Part shown: piece by piece, positions 43,821 to 57,165 of the stretch
Numbering within the stretch: the first letter of the stretch is position 1
Layout: every line of letters begins with the position of its first letter
NCBI GenBank assembly: GCA_051294375.1
Contig: CM119264.1
Coordinates: 14,043,323 to 14,107,322 of the forward strand
From: Paraspadella gotoi
Taxonomy: Eukaryota > Animalia > Chaetognatha
DNA: 64,000 nt
Reading direction: 5' to 3'
The notes under the pieces: generated by a model
Database searches by the model: none
What the model was told of the DNA's origin: nothing
What the model saw: only the letters and a program-made list of their open reading frames with translations
Made by a program: the position numbers and the translations under genes

Positions 43821-46209
43821 TATATTATAGCTTCAAGAAAGAGGAAAGATACGCATGAAATATCGGGGATGAAAAAGAATTGCGTTTAAAGATGTTGAAA
43901 AACATTTTACTGTCATACCTCAATTTGCTGTATAAAAACATACCCAGTCGAATATAGGCAGTATCGATGCGAGGAAGGGTATATCAATTATTAAAAATGT
44001 TTTACCCATATTTTGTATATTTTTTATTGAATGAAATGAATTATGTTATACTACTTTTTTCCTAGAATATAGGAAGCCGCTATAGAAAAAGAAGCCAGTG
44101 ACTTTTTTCTTATATTTTATATCGATAGATGTGGATGACGGGAATATTGTAAAACTCAAGTTTTGCTTTAATCGGACCTCACATTGTGGAAGAAATCTTA
44201 GGAAACACATCAAAATTCCACCTTTTTTTCAACATTCTCGCCTTTTAAGATTTTCGCCGATTCTGACTTCCTCTTACAAACTTATAATTCCGCTAGTTAA
44301 TTTTTTTTTCTTAAACGAGCGAAGGGAATCCACAACTTTCTGTTATTTTATGATTTCTGGGTAAAAAATATAATAAATTACATTAACATTGGGATATTTG
44401 AAAGTGTAATATCTATGAAAGCCTGTGAGAGTTAAATAATTAAAAAATTCGCTTATTTTATTATTGAAAAATAACATCAAAGTGAAGAAGTTTGAATGGC
44501 TTCCGCTCCTTTCAGTAAACATCCCTGTTCTCTTCAATAAGATAATGTTTACTTTTTTGCTGGTGGAAAAGAAGGATAAATACTTAGGCTGTGATGGGGT
44601 AAATAAATATTTTTTGTAGAATTTTGTAAGCATGCTTGTAAAATCAAGACAAGCAAATATTTAAGTGACAAAAAATTCAATTTTTTTTATCTAAAAAACT
44701 TTAAAAGTTTTACTAGAGTACAATTTAGCCTTTTTTCTTTCAGAATCATTAAAAAAGAATTAAATTTTCATTTATTCTTATGGGGTGTCATTAGTTTTAA
44801 AATTCATTATAATTTTGACTTAGTTTGACACTACCCTGTAAAGGAGGTTTCAGCATAAGTAATTCTAAAATTTTATCTTGTATGTGCTCCTTATGATTAT
44901 GGCTTCATTTTGGTACTATTGCATCCCTTTATCTTTATTCCTTCAAAAGATATTAGGAAAAATCAGTTTTTTTCTCAACCTTGACCTTTTAATTTCTTTT
45001 TAAATAAAAATTTCGCGATTCAAACCGGACTAATTTTCATTTAAACCTGATCAATTTTATGTCAAAAATCATTATAAAATGAAAAAAGAAAAATAAGGAA
45101 CAAGCTCTTCAGACACAAAGCTATCAGAATCGCAAAATTCGAAGTTGCTCATGTAACAGGAACTATAGCAATCCCGTTTCCAATTTTAAGTTTGTAAACT
45201 TTCCCTTTCATTTCTATAGTAAAAATGAGGTTTGATAATGCTCCGGAGATGAGTAGTGCATTTCCCTGGCTTTGTTTGATATTAAATCCTTATCAAAATG
45301 CCATAAAACGAAATAGGACAAGCTCTTCAGATGTAAACGCTCTCGGAATCGTGCGTTTTTAACGTGTTTTTTAACCGAATTTCTGGCAAACGCGTTTGCA
45401 ATTTGGGTAGTCAGATTTGAACGGAATTCTCTATTAGAAAAATGTTGAATTTTTTTTTAAGCGAGATTCTCGTCTACTAGATAGTACTTTCTTTTTCGTT
45501 GCGTTTTGAATTTAATTAAAAAATCGTTGTTAAAAATTCAAAATTCTTTGCTTTCTCTAGAATTTTAGAGAAAAATAGTTTTGAATTGTTTTATCAACGA
45601 ATTATATTTAGACAATTTGTTAGTCGGACAATGTTTTGACCTCTGCAGTTAGAAGTTGAAGAGTCGAAACAGAGTCGAAACATCCTAACCCTAAACAACC
45701 CCTAAAATCACCTTACTTAAAAGTAAGTTAAGTAAAGTAAAAGAAAAAAAGGATTAGTACAGTCCTGTGCAAAATAACACGCCACTTTATAACTTTAAAT
45801 TCCAGACGCTCTATAAAGACATTTATAAAATTGATTAAAAAATTGTTTTTTTAAAAAAAAGAATCGATAAGTTTAAATTTTATTATAATCGGTCAAGTGG
45901 TTTTATGGGGGTTTGCCTGTGATAAGATAGGCATATAAACTAGGTACTAAAGGTTCAGTTGTTAATTAATATCTTACTTGATGGTATGTTGACTTGACTT
46001 GGCATCGGTGAAGAATGCTCGCTTACTATATAAACTGTCTTTAATGTGTATAGCTAGTTAGCTTTGCCTGAAGTAGAGAAATGGGAACACAATTAACAAC
46101 TATTTATTTATCTTTTATTAATATTGTGCTTAGACCTTTATTGAACACAATTTTAGCACTATTAGTGATTAACTGTTAAGATGTTAATCTTATGCTGATT
46201 GGCTCTGAT

Positions 46210-48487
46210 TAGCGAAAAGTGGATACCTAAACATAGAGAGTTCCAATCCAAAAACAGTCTGCAACATGTTTAAATCGACGACAAATAAAAATTCGAAAAG
46301 TTAAAGTATTTATTGTTAATTGCATCGAACATGAGAGATCCCGAAGATCGAATACGTCATTTCGTATCTTTTTAATGTTAAAGACCGGTCAAGCGGTCAA
46401 AAAGAACAAAAGATACTAGCGAACTGGCGGGATATTTGCGAATTTTCATAAAAGAGCATCTTTTGCCTGTGAAAATCTGACGAATAGTTTAGTTTTTTTA
46501 ATAACATAGGTCTTATTAATGATATTTTCTATGTTTTATTAATAATTCATAATTCTTAATAATTTTATTAGTTTTTAGTAGCTGCAGGTTGTAATTTTTA
46601 ATAGTTTTTTTCTGTTTTTTTATAGGAAAAACAGTTAGAAATTAATCGCTATTTTTTGTTTTTGTTTACTGAAATTCAGTCTGAACTTATTTTTGAAGAA
46701 AAATTAATATAAAATCCAATCTTATATGGTCAAATGATAAATAATAATAAATATAATATTAATATTTATGAAAGATAAATTTATATTTTTTTTAACAATG
46801 ACAAAGTTTATACATAAACATAAATGCTTTAAACGGATATGATTTGATTACATTTTATCCCTTCTTCTTAAACTAATTATTATATTACAATTTTAAAAAG
46901 CCTTTTTCCTATGTACTATAGTTTCATTTTAATAATTCAGGGATGTATGAGGTTTGAGCATCCATAGGCAACCTTTTTTTTCAATTATCAAAAATTATCT
47001 CCGGATGTTTTTTTTGAGTTTTTAGTAATTGTATATTTCGTCTATTTTTGTTGTCTGATTTACAGACGAAATAATAACTTTTTTAATGGTTAACAATAAG
47101 GACATAATTTTTTTACATAAAAATGAGCATATTTTCGGGACTAATTTATAGCTTTCATTGTTGTTGTTAACAATTAAAATATTATCATATTGTTTTTGAG
47201 TTTTTAATCAAAATTTATTAATTGCACTTTTTCAAATATTGTTGATTGAAGATTATAAAGCCATCTATCAATGTTTACAGACCAAGCTTTGATTAATTTT
47301 ATAATTAATTGACACGTTTCGGACTATCTAATAATCGATCGAGTTTTGATTTAAAAAAACTTATAAAACAAAAGTCAGTTCTTTAAAATCTTGGAAGTTA
47401 AGTTTCCTTCTCAAGTGTTCTCTGTTACTTGAATGGGAAACTACTTTTATTTATATATAGTTACAAAATATTTACTATTCAAATTAGTAACGTTTATTAG
47501 ACAGTATTTAAATTTTCTACGATCTTTTGAAAACATAATAAACTTAAATCATTGATTCTGATACTGAATGGATCCTTTTCACTTATCTATATGTATATAC
47601 TGAGAATTTATCGAATGATTGGACTTTTAACTTTTAGTTTTACTTTTTAATTTTTAGACTTTTTTTTAAATTTTTGTTTATTTAGAGAAAAATATTTTTC
47701 AATTATTATGATTATCAGTTTAATGTAAAAGTCTGTTATTTATAGTACATGGAGTAAGATTAGAACTAATCACTAAAATTGCCCTGCTTTCCAAGCTTGT
47801 GCTCTAAAAATGTAAAATTTCCTGTTTTAAAAGAAAAAAAAATTTATTATAATTATATATACTATTTTTATATTATTAATATTGTTTAATTAATATTTTG
47901 ATTAATATTAATATTATTATTTTTTATTTAATATTTACTTATTGGTTATTTTTATCTGAGTTATCATGTTTTCTCGGATTACCTATTTTATTAAAACACA
48001 TAAACGTAAATTAAACGATCAAATTATACAATTAATAAAAGTTCTATTTTATGTAATAAGGATTTAAGCAAGCAAAATAGTTAATTTTATATTTTATGCA
48101 AAAATCTGTTCGAATTCCTCATTTTGATGTAGGAAAAAGATTCGAGCTCTCGTTTAAATGCTATTTTTATCTTATTTATATTAGTATAAATACTATAAAC
48201 TATTTTATATTTATAAAACATATATTCTAAAAACATTAATATTTAATTATTTAATAAAATTACAATAATAAAACGTTAAAATTACGCGAATAAAGAGCGT
48301 CATCGTTATCTGACAACTTCGATCTTAAGCTAATTTGCATATTTAGGAGCCAGATAGAAATCGACCGGGATCTCTCATGTTGAGGAATTTCAAATCGAAT
48401 AAAAGGTGTTTTAAATTAAAGTATATTATGTGTGTGATCACTTGTGTAAACGTTTTTAAAATCCCCGAAATCCATCTTGATACACTA
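46210..48487. mobile_element. 2.28-kb non-coding insertion with 7-bp TSD (CTCTGAT) and TAG...CTA ends
   Basis: TSD at 46203-46209 and 48488-48494. The empty site gagctctgataaggag is at ~52811-52826. Subterminal inverted motif catgagagatccc (46330) / gggatctctcatg (48368). Confidence 0.8.
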
Positions 48488-48922
48488 CTCTGATAAGGAG
48501 AAATGGACTCTAACAAGAGAGTGCATCCCCAAAACCAAAGCTGAAATAATGGTTTAACTTCTGAACAAATAAAGGAATCACAAATGTTAAAGTATTATTG
48601 TTAATTAATTAGTTAACAATACTACTATGACTCATGTAATCATAACATTGCTAAAACTATTTAGCCTACTAGAAAACTATAAAACATGAACTAATACAAA
48701 ATCCAAAATGAAATTAGACACATTTAGATTCAATACTGCAATCATGTAAATGAGATTGAGAGATTCAATCTCATTAAGATCATATTAAATAAATCATTTC
48801 TTACAGTTATAGGAGATATAATTCTTTAACACTGAAAACTTAAAAGTTAAGTATTCCAAAACCAAACTGGAAAATCGACTTGATCTACACAGATTTTTAA
48901 AACTTTTTCGTTATGTTTATGA

Positions 48923-49084
48923 TTTAGAGAAAAAGGTTTAGAATTATTTGCAACAACGAAATTTGTTTATTTGATGAAACTGACATGTTTCGGTTCACAA
49001 TTTTGAACTTGATGAAGGTCGAATGTCCCTTTCATCAAAAAATAAAATTCGTTGTTGCAAATAATACAAACTTTTCTCTCTAAA
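48923..49084. mobile_element. Degenerate hammerhead-family inverted-repeat remnant (duplicate at ~53248-53409)
   Basis: Inverted arms ttatttgcaacaacgaa / ttcgttgttgcaaataa enclose gacatgtttcgg (GAAACATGTC on the minus strand) and ttgatgaaggtcgaatgtc. Confidence 0.6.
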
Positions 49085-49186
49085 CTAAAAAAATTAAAAT
49101 GAAAAAGGTGGTCATTGTGGTTGTGAAAAAGCTTTTGACATTCAGATTGCTTGAGACACAAACTCCAATGTCCGAAATTTAAAATA

Positions 49187-50132
49187 CATGTGACAATTTT
49201 ACAAGTCGCCGGTTACGAAATATGCTTTCCATTTGCAAACCAGTGGTTATTTCATTGATTGTTATAAATAGTTGAGTAAAAAATACTAAAACTATTTGTG
49301 TTAAATTTTTTATGATCAGTTAAGATATGCCTTGACAATGAGTGGAGAAAGTTGGCTTTTCAAATCGGGTTTTATTTTTCCAACTCACTGTTTTTAAATT
49401 TTTTTTTCTTTTTAACTTTAACACTTTTTTAACAAAGTATTTATTAAAATATTAACAATATTTAATATCCTTAGAAACCCTTAAAATATGAAGAGGTATT
49501 GATATACTTACGAAAGCTTTAATATGTAAAGTAAGCTGACCAGCTTGTTCAATTAAGATGTTAAAAGTGAATTATTTAAAATTTTAAATCTTTTTTCAAA
49601 ATAATATTTGTTTAAATTATTAATAACAAAAAATATTATTATTTATATAAAGTATCTATAAAGAGCCTGAAGAAAAAAAGATTAAATAGCCAATCACAAT
49701 TTAATAAAAATCATAATTTACTCTCCAGCCTATTGATTTTTAAAAAGATGTTTCGTTTTGAATATCTTATATTAAATTAAAGTGGGCAGTTAATTTTTAT
49801 ACTACAGTATTCGTAAGTATATAATTCTCTTATATTTTTAAGGGCTTCTGAGACATATTAATCATTGTTAATATTTTTATAAATACTTTGCTTTAAAAAA
49901 AGTTCTAAAAGTTTTTAAAAAAAAAAATTGCATAAAAACAGCAAGTTAAAAATGAAACCCGATTTTAAAAAGCCAACTTTCTCCACTCATTGTCAAGGCA
50001 TATCTTAACTGATCAATATAAAATTTTAATACATAAATAGTTTTAGTATTTCTCGTCAACTAAATTTTAAATCAATGAAATAACCACTGGTTTCCAGCGT
50101 ATTTCTACCGCGCTTGTAAAATTGTCACCATG
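49187..50132. mobile_element. ~950-bp palindromic MITE, TA TSD, Tc1/mariner-like termini (duplicate 53511-54457)
   Basis: TA|CATG(G)TGACAATTTTACAAG ... CTTGTAAAATTGTCACCATG|TA with long internal inverted arms (gatcagttaagatatgccttgacaatgagtggagaaagttggctttt). Nested in the repeat seen intact at 5320-5510. Confidence 0.85.
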
Positions 50133-50404
50133 TATTTCATTTTTTTTAAAGAAAAATATACTTATAATAGGAAGGTCCTTTCAATTGCAAAAAAATTGCT
50201 TTTTAAAAATTCGATCATACCATTGATGAGCACATAACTAAGCATGTAAGTAAGCCGGATTACTGGGACTCCAGTGGGAGTTAGTAAAAAAATTACTGCC
50301 ATATTTTTTTAAGGTACTAAATCCAAAGTCACTATATAAAATAATTAGCTACAGGAGTTAATAATTTAATTTCACTCCCATTTGAAATCCGTGTAACTGT
50401 CTTA

Positions 50405-50429
50405 NNNNNNNNNNNNNNNNNNNNNNNNN
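50405..50429. other. Assembly gap (25 N)
   Basis: Run of n characters. Confidence 1.
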
Positions 50430-53400
50430 CAAGGAGCTGAATTTTATGAAATTGGTACAACCATATATATATTATAGCTCTCAGAAAAGAGGGAAAGATA
50501 CGCATCAATATCGGGGATGAAAAGAATTGCGTTAAAGATGTTGAAAAACATTTTACTGTCATACCTCAATTTGCTGTATAAAAACATACCCAGTCGAATA
50601 TAGGCAGTATCGATGCCGAGGAAGGGTATATCAATTATTAAAAATGTTTTACCCATATTTTGTATATTTTTTATTGAATAAATGAATTATGTTATATACT
50701 TTTTTCCTAGATATAGGAAGCCGCTATAGAAAAAGAAGCCAGTGACTTTTTTCTTATATTTTTATATCGATAGATGTGGAATGACGGGAATATTGTAAAA
50801 CTCAAGTTTTGCTTTAATTGGACCTCACATTGTGGAGAAATCTTAGGAAACACATCAAAATTCCACCTTTTTTTCAACATTCTCGCCTTTTAAGATTTTC
50901 GCCGATCTGATTTGCCTTCTTTACAAACTTATAATTCCGCTAGTTAATTTTTTTTTCTTAAACGAGCGAAGGGAATCCACAACTTTCTGTTTATTTTATG
51001 ATTTCTGGGTAAAAATATTAATAAATACTACTTAACATATTGGATATTATGAAAGTGTAATATCTTATGAAGCCTGTGAGAGTTAAATAATTAAAAAATT
51101 CGCTTTATTTTATTATTGAAAATATAACATCAAGTGAGAAGTTGAATGGCTTCCGCTCCTTTCAGTAAACATCCTGTCTCTTCAATAAGATAATGTTTAC
51201 TTTTTGCTGTGTGGAAAAGAAGGACTAAATACTTAGGCTGTGATGGGGTAAATAATATTTCTGTAGAATTTGTAAGGCATGCTTGTAAAATCAGACAGCA
51301 AATATTTAAGTGACAAAAAATTCAAATTTTTTTTACTTAAAAGTTTTACTAGAGTACAATTTAGCCTTTTTTCTCTTCAGAATCATTAAAAAGAATTAAA
51401 TTTTCATTTTATCTCTGATGGGGTGTCATTAGTTTTAAAATTCATTATAATTTTGACTTAGTTTGACACTCACCCTGTAAGGAGGTTTCAGCATAAGTAA
51501 TTCTTAAATTGTTTCTTGTACTCGTACTCCCTATAGATTATGGCTCATTTTGGTACTATTGCCATCCCTTTATCTTTATTCCTTCAAAAGATATTAGGAA
51601 AAATCAGTTTTTTCTCAACCTTCCTTTAATTTCTTTTAAAAAAATTTCGCGATTCAAACCGCGAACTATTTCATTTAAACCTGATCATTTATGTCAAAAT
51701 CATTATAAAATGAAAAAAAGAAAAATAGGACAAGCTATTCAGACACAAAGCTATCAGAATCGCGAAATTCGAATTGCTCATGTAACAGGAACAATATAGC
51801 AATCCCGTTTGCCAATTTTAAGTTTGTTAAACTTTCCCTTTCATTTCTTAGTAAAAATGAGGTTGATAATGCTCCCGAGATGAGTAGTGCATTTCCCCTG
51901 GCTTGTTTTGATATTAAATCCTTTATCAAATGCCATAAAACGAATAGGATCAAGCTCTGTCAGATCGTAACGCTTCTGGAATCGTGGTTTTTTACAAGTG
52001 TTTTTTAACCGAATTTCTGGCAAACGCGTTTCAATTTGGTAGTCAGATTTGAACGGAATTCTCTATTAGAAAATGTTGATATTTTTTTAAGCGAGATCTC
52101 GTCTCTACTTTAATTAGTACTTTCTTTTTCGTTGCGTTTTGAATTTAATTAAAATCGTTGTTAAAAATTCAAAATTCTTTGCTTTCTCTAGAATTTAGAA
52201 GAAAATAGTTTTGAATTGTTTTATCAACGAATTATGATTTGTTAGTCGACATGTTTTGACTCTGCAGTTAGAAGTTGAAGAGTCGAAACAGAGTCGAAAC
52301 ATCCTAACCCTAAACAACCTAAATCACCTTACTAAAAAGTAAGAATAAAGGTAAGAAAAAAAGGATTAGTACAGTCCTGTGCAAAATAAACACGCCACTT
52401 TATAACTTTAAATTCCAGACGCTCTATAAAGACATTTATAAAATTGAGTAAAAAAATTGTTTTCTTAAAAAAAAGAATCGATAAGTTTAAAGTTTATTAT
52501 AATCGGTCAAGTGGTTTTATAAGGGGGTTTGCCTGTGATAAGATAGGCATATAACTAGGTACTAAAGGTTCAGTGTTAATTAATATCTTACTTGATGGTA
52601 TGTTGACTTGACTTGGCATCGGTGAAGAATGCTCGCTTACTATATAAACTGTCTTTAATGTGTATAGCAAGTTAGCTTTGCCTGAAGTAGAGAAATGGGA
52701 ACACAATTAAACACTATTTATTTATCTCTATTATATTGTGCTTAGACCTTATTGAACACAATTTAGCACTATTAGTGATTAACTGTTAAGATGTTAATCT
52801 TATGCTGATTGAGCTCTGATAAGGAGAAATGGACTCTAACAAGAGAGTGCATCCCCAAAACCAAAGCTGAATAATGGTTTAACTTCTGAACAAATAAAGG
52901 AATCACAAATGTTAAAGTATTATTGTTAATTAATTAGTTAAAATACTACTATGACTCATGTTAATCATTAACATTGCTAAAGACTATATTTAGCTACTAG
53001 AAAACTATAAAACAGAACTAATATCAAAATCCAAAATGAAATTAGACACATTTAGATTCAATACTGCAATATGTAAATGAGATTGAGAGATTCAATCTCA
53101 TTTAAGATCATATTAAATAATCATTTCTTACAGTTTAGGAGATATAATTCTTTAAACTTGAAACTTAAAGTTAAGTATTCCAAAACCAAACTGGAAAATC
53201 GACTTTGATCTACACAGATTTTTAAAACTTTTTCGTTATGTTTATGATTTAGAGAAAAAGGTTTGAATTATTTTGCAACAACGAAATTTGTTTATTTGAT
53301 GAAACTGACATGTTTCGGTTCACAATTTGAACTTGATGAAGGTTCGAATGTCCCTTTCATCAAAAAATAAAATTCGTTGTTGCAAATAATACAAACTTTT

Positions 53401-54760
53401 CTCTCTAAACTAAAAAATTAAAATGAAAAAGGTGGTCATTGTGGTTGTGAAAAAGCTTTTGACATTCAGATTGCTCAGACACAAACTCCAATGTCCGAAA
53501 TTTTAAAATACATGGTGACAATTTTACAAGCGCCGGTAGAAATATGCTTTCATTTGCAAACCAGTGGTTATTTCATTGATTTTATAAATTAGTTGAGTAA
53601 AAAATACTAAAATTATTTGTGTTAAAATTTTTTATTGATCAGTTAAGATATGCCTTGACAATGAGTGGAGAAAGTTGGCTTTTCAAATCGGGTTTTATTT
53701 TCCAACTCACTGTTTTTAAATTTTTTTTTTTTTTAACTTTAACACTTTTTTAAACAAAGTATTTATTAAAATATTAACAATATTAATATCCTTAGAAAGC
53801 CCTTAAAAATATGAAGAGATTGATATACTTACGAAAGCTTTAATATGTAAAGTAAGCTGACCAGCTTTGGTTCAATTAAGAGTGTTAAAAGTGAATTATT
53901 TAAAATTTTAAATCTTTTTTCAAAATATATTTGTTTAAATTATTATAACAAAAAATATTATTATTTATATAAGTATTATAAAAGAGCCTGAGAAAAAAAG
54001 ATTTAAGATAGCCAATCACAATTTAATAAAAATCATAAATTTACTCTCCAGCTATTGATTTTTAAAAAGATGTCTCGTTTTTGAATATCTTAATTAAATT
54101 AAAGCTGGGCCAGTTAAATTTTATACTACAGTATTCGTAAGTATATAATTCTCTTCATATTTTTAAGGGCTTTCTGAGAATATTAATATTGTTAATATTT
54201 TTATAAATACTTTGTTTAAAAAAGTTCTAAAAGTTTTTAAAAAAAAATTGTATTTAAAAACAGCAAGTTAAAAAATGAAACCCGATTTTAAAAGCCAACT
54301 TTCTCCACTCATTGTCAAGGCATATCTTAACTGATCAATATAAAATTTTAATACATAAATAGTTTTAGTATTTTCTCATCAACTAAATTTTAAAATCAAT
54401 GAAATAACCACTGGTTTCCAGCGTATTTCTACCGGCGCTTGTAAAATTGTCACCATGTATTTCATTTTTTTTAAAGAAAAATATATCTTATAATAGGAAG
54501 GTCCTTTTCAATTGCAAAAAAATTGCTTTTTAAAATTCGATCATACCATTGATGAGCACATAACTAAGCATGTAAGTAAGCCGGATTACTGGGACTCCCA
54601 GTGGGAGTTAGTAAAAAAATTACTGCCATATTTTTTTTAAGGTACTAAATCCAAAGTCACTATATAAAATAATTTAGCTACAGGAGTTAATAATTTAATT
54701 TCACTCCCATTTGAAATCCGTGTAACTGTCTTACATCATATGTTTTAATATTATAGGGTA

Positions 54761-54965
54761 TATGGTGGATTAAAATCCACCAACCGTTCATCAGCGGCCA
54801 TTGGTGCAGGAGGCAAGTCATTCGCCTCCCAACCCAAAGGTCCGGGGTTCTCGACCGGTGGTCGCTTAACAGTTAGGAGGGATTGGGCGCTTAACCCGCC
54901 TGTAACTTGGTGTTACAGCCTCATCCGAAGCTCAGGGACTGCTTATTAGGCCGGAACAGGTTCTC
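54761..54965 (+). mobile_element. tRNA(Gly)-like SINE-type repeat, copy 2 (separate 3' tail fragment at 55705-55764)
   Basis: 72-nt tRNA-like head 54794-54865 with acceptor stem GCGGCCA/TGGTCGC, CATTCGCCTCCCAAC resembling the tRNA-Gly(CCC) anticodon arm, and a GGTTC T-arm. Confidence 0.8.
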
Positions 54966-55270
54966 TCAAATAATGGTAAAGTGACTGTTAGAGAATATGA
55001 AAATAATTTTTATTGATAAGCGCACGGAAGCATTTAAAAATTATTTTATAGTATATAAAGTATAAAATTTTAATTTTTAAATTTTTTTTAATCGAATAAG
55101 CTTTAAAAGTTAAATAAATGTTAAATTTAAATTTAAATTTTTTTTTGTTTTATTGATACAAATTTTAAAAAAACATAAGATTCAGCCAATGATGATGATG
55201 ATTTTTTAAAGTTTTTTCTATTTTCAACCAATTTATTGTACAAATTTTTAAAAATTATACTACTAACTTT

Positions 55271-55494
55271 GTGATATAAATCCTTTCTTTTTCGTTTTTT
55301 GAAGTAAAGAAAGTTGCCCTCTCTGTCTCAGTTTATCTCTCTCTCTCTTTTCCTTTGCACAAAAAATATTTTTCAAAAATCACAATGTTAACGCTGATGG
55401 AAGGCTTGAAAGTAAAGCCGAAACATGTCTCTTTTATATTATTAAAACCAATCGTTGTCAGTTGTTCACATTCCAAATCAAAATTTTCTCTAAG
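55271..55494 (+). mobile_element. Hammerhead-bearing insert (core slightly mutated)
   Basis: AACG-CTGATGG-aa-GGCTT-gaaagta-AAGCC-GAAAC-AT-GTC (55390-55429), then aatcgttg. Inverted tail motif atcctttctttttcg at ~55280. Imperfect 10-bp flanks tactaacttt / taccaacttt. Confidence 0.65.
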
Positions 55495-57165
55495 TACCAA
55501 CTTTTAAGCTTTATAAGAATCCGTTCTTAAAAAAAAAATTTTTTTTAAATTTTTATCATTATATATATTAATAAATGTTTAAAAGCTTCAGTGCAACAAC
55601 CCAATGAACTAATTCAAAAAGTTGCATTGAAAATCGATTTAGTAGTAAAGGACAACAGAATTTTTTTTGATAGTTATTAAAAAGTGTTCCATTTTGGCCC
55701 GCCTTACTGCCTATATTGAATGGTTCTGTAACTAACACAACAACAATCATTATTGTCTCTTCAGGTGATTTTGAAGTCTGAAATTTTTTTTGGCACAGGT
55801 CTGTACTAATTATTTACATGCAATAAACCTGTGTTAGAGGCAAACAACGACTTTGATATTATGCAGAAATATACGGAAATGTTTTACGTAACCTATTTTA
55901 GATTCACCAAGAATTTTCTCTTTTAAAATATTTAGAATTAAAGGTTAAGTCTCTCGTACATTTTTATTTCTATTTTATTGAGTAGGGTAGCCGCACTCAA
56001 TGGGGTAGTCAAAATTTAGAGTGAGTACATGCTACAAACGAATATTTAGACATTTTTAAGAATACTTTCAATGTACAAAATATTCAAATATGGCTCTAAT
56101 AATTGCATTTCTAGTAATTATTTTTAGAATTTTTAAATTTTAAGACCAGATTCAGATAGCTCATAAAAAGTTGTCTATACAAAGTATAATTCTTTTTTAA
56201 ATATTTTTTACAATAAGTGTGTCAAAAAATAAGAAAACCATAAAAATCATCATCATCTTCGATGATTTTATAAGTTTTTTTATATTTTCACTTAGAAAAT
56301 GTAAGAATTTTTAAAAGCTGTAATTATATTTCTTGTTTAACTTTTTATGCTTTATCAGAATCCATCAATACTAATATTTAAAAAAAAAATTTTTGCTTTA
56401 TATAGTAATATAATATTTTTAATAAGGAAAGTACCCTAAGAAGAAAGCATTTTTGACAAAAAATGTTTTATATACATAATCTATGGTCATGATAGATTAT
56501 TTTAACGCTGTATAGCATTAGCATTTAAATTTCATCGGCTATGGCTACCTAAAGAGTTGAGAGTAGGCTCATAATAAAGGTCACATCCGATAGTTTTCAG
56601 TCCATATATAAAAACTAAAATAATATCAAATTATTATGATAAATTACTTTAAAATTTAAATAATGTTTTTTTTAAATTTTATTTGCTTAATATTCCTATA
56701 ATGGAGCTTGAAGAAAAATTTTATTTATGATTTAATTGAAAGAAGACTGTCTATAGAACTCGTTTGTATCTTCATTTTTTTAGATTAAAGCCTGACTATA
56801 TTCTCAATACTACTCACCATTTTATTACTTTTTTTAAAAGAAAAAATGTATTTTGGTCAATAACTTTTTAACAAAAAGTCGGAGAAAGTTGGGAGTGGTC
56901 TTAAATTAAAGCTCTCGGTTTACTGATATCGTTAGACATATAGAAGTTTGGATTTAGCCTATATTTTGCAAAATTAGTACGAAAACTATAAAATTTTCTC
57001 AAAAATTAACTTACCAACTTCAAATTCGATTTAAAAAAAAAAAGAGTTTGGAAAGATTTTCCCACTTAGCCTAAGCTGTGGTCCAGACAACAATCTTTCA
57101 GGTTTTCATTATTCCAGAAATGGTATATTTCGATTTTATTTTTCCTCCTATCAAAAGAACCGTGG

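Larger units (their letters stand above)
43821..54733 (+). repeat. Direct duplication across the assembly gap: 43821-46209 + 48495-50404 = ~50468-54733
   Basis: Colinear near-identical sequence differing mainly by 1-bp indels. The first copy ends exactly at the N gap. Confidence 0.9.

Noticed and set aside
54794-54865. Functional tRNA-Gly gene
   Set aside because: Anticodon and T arms pair poorly, and it is embedded in a repeat with three copies; treated as SINE-like.
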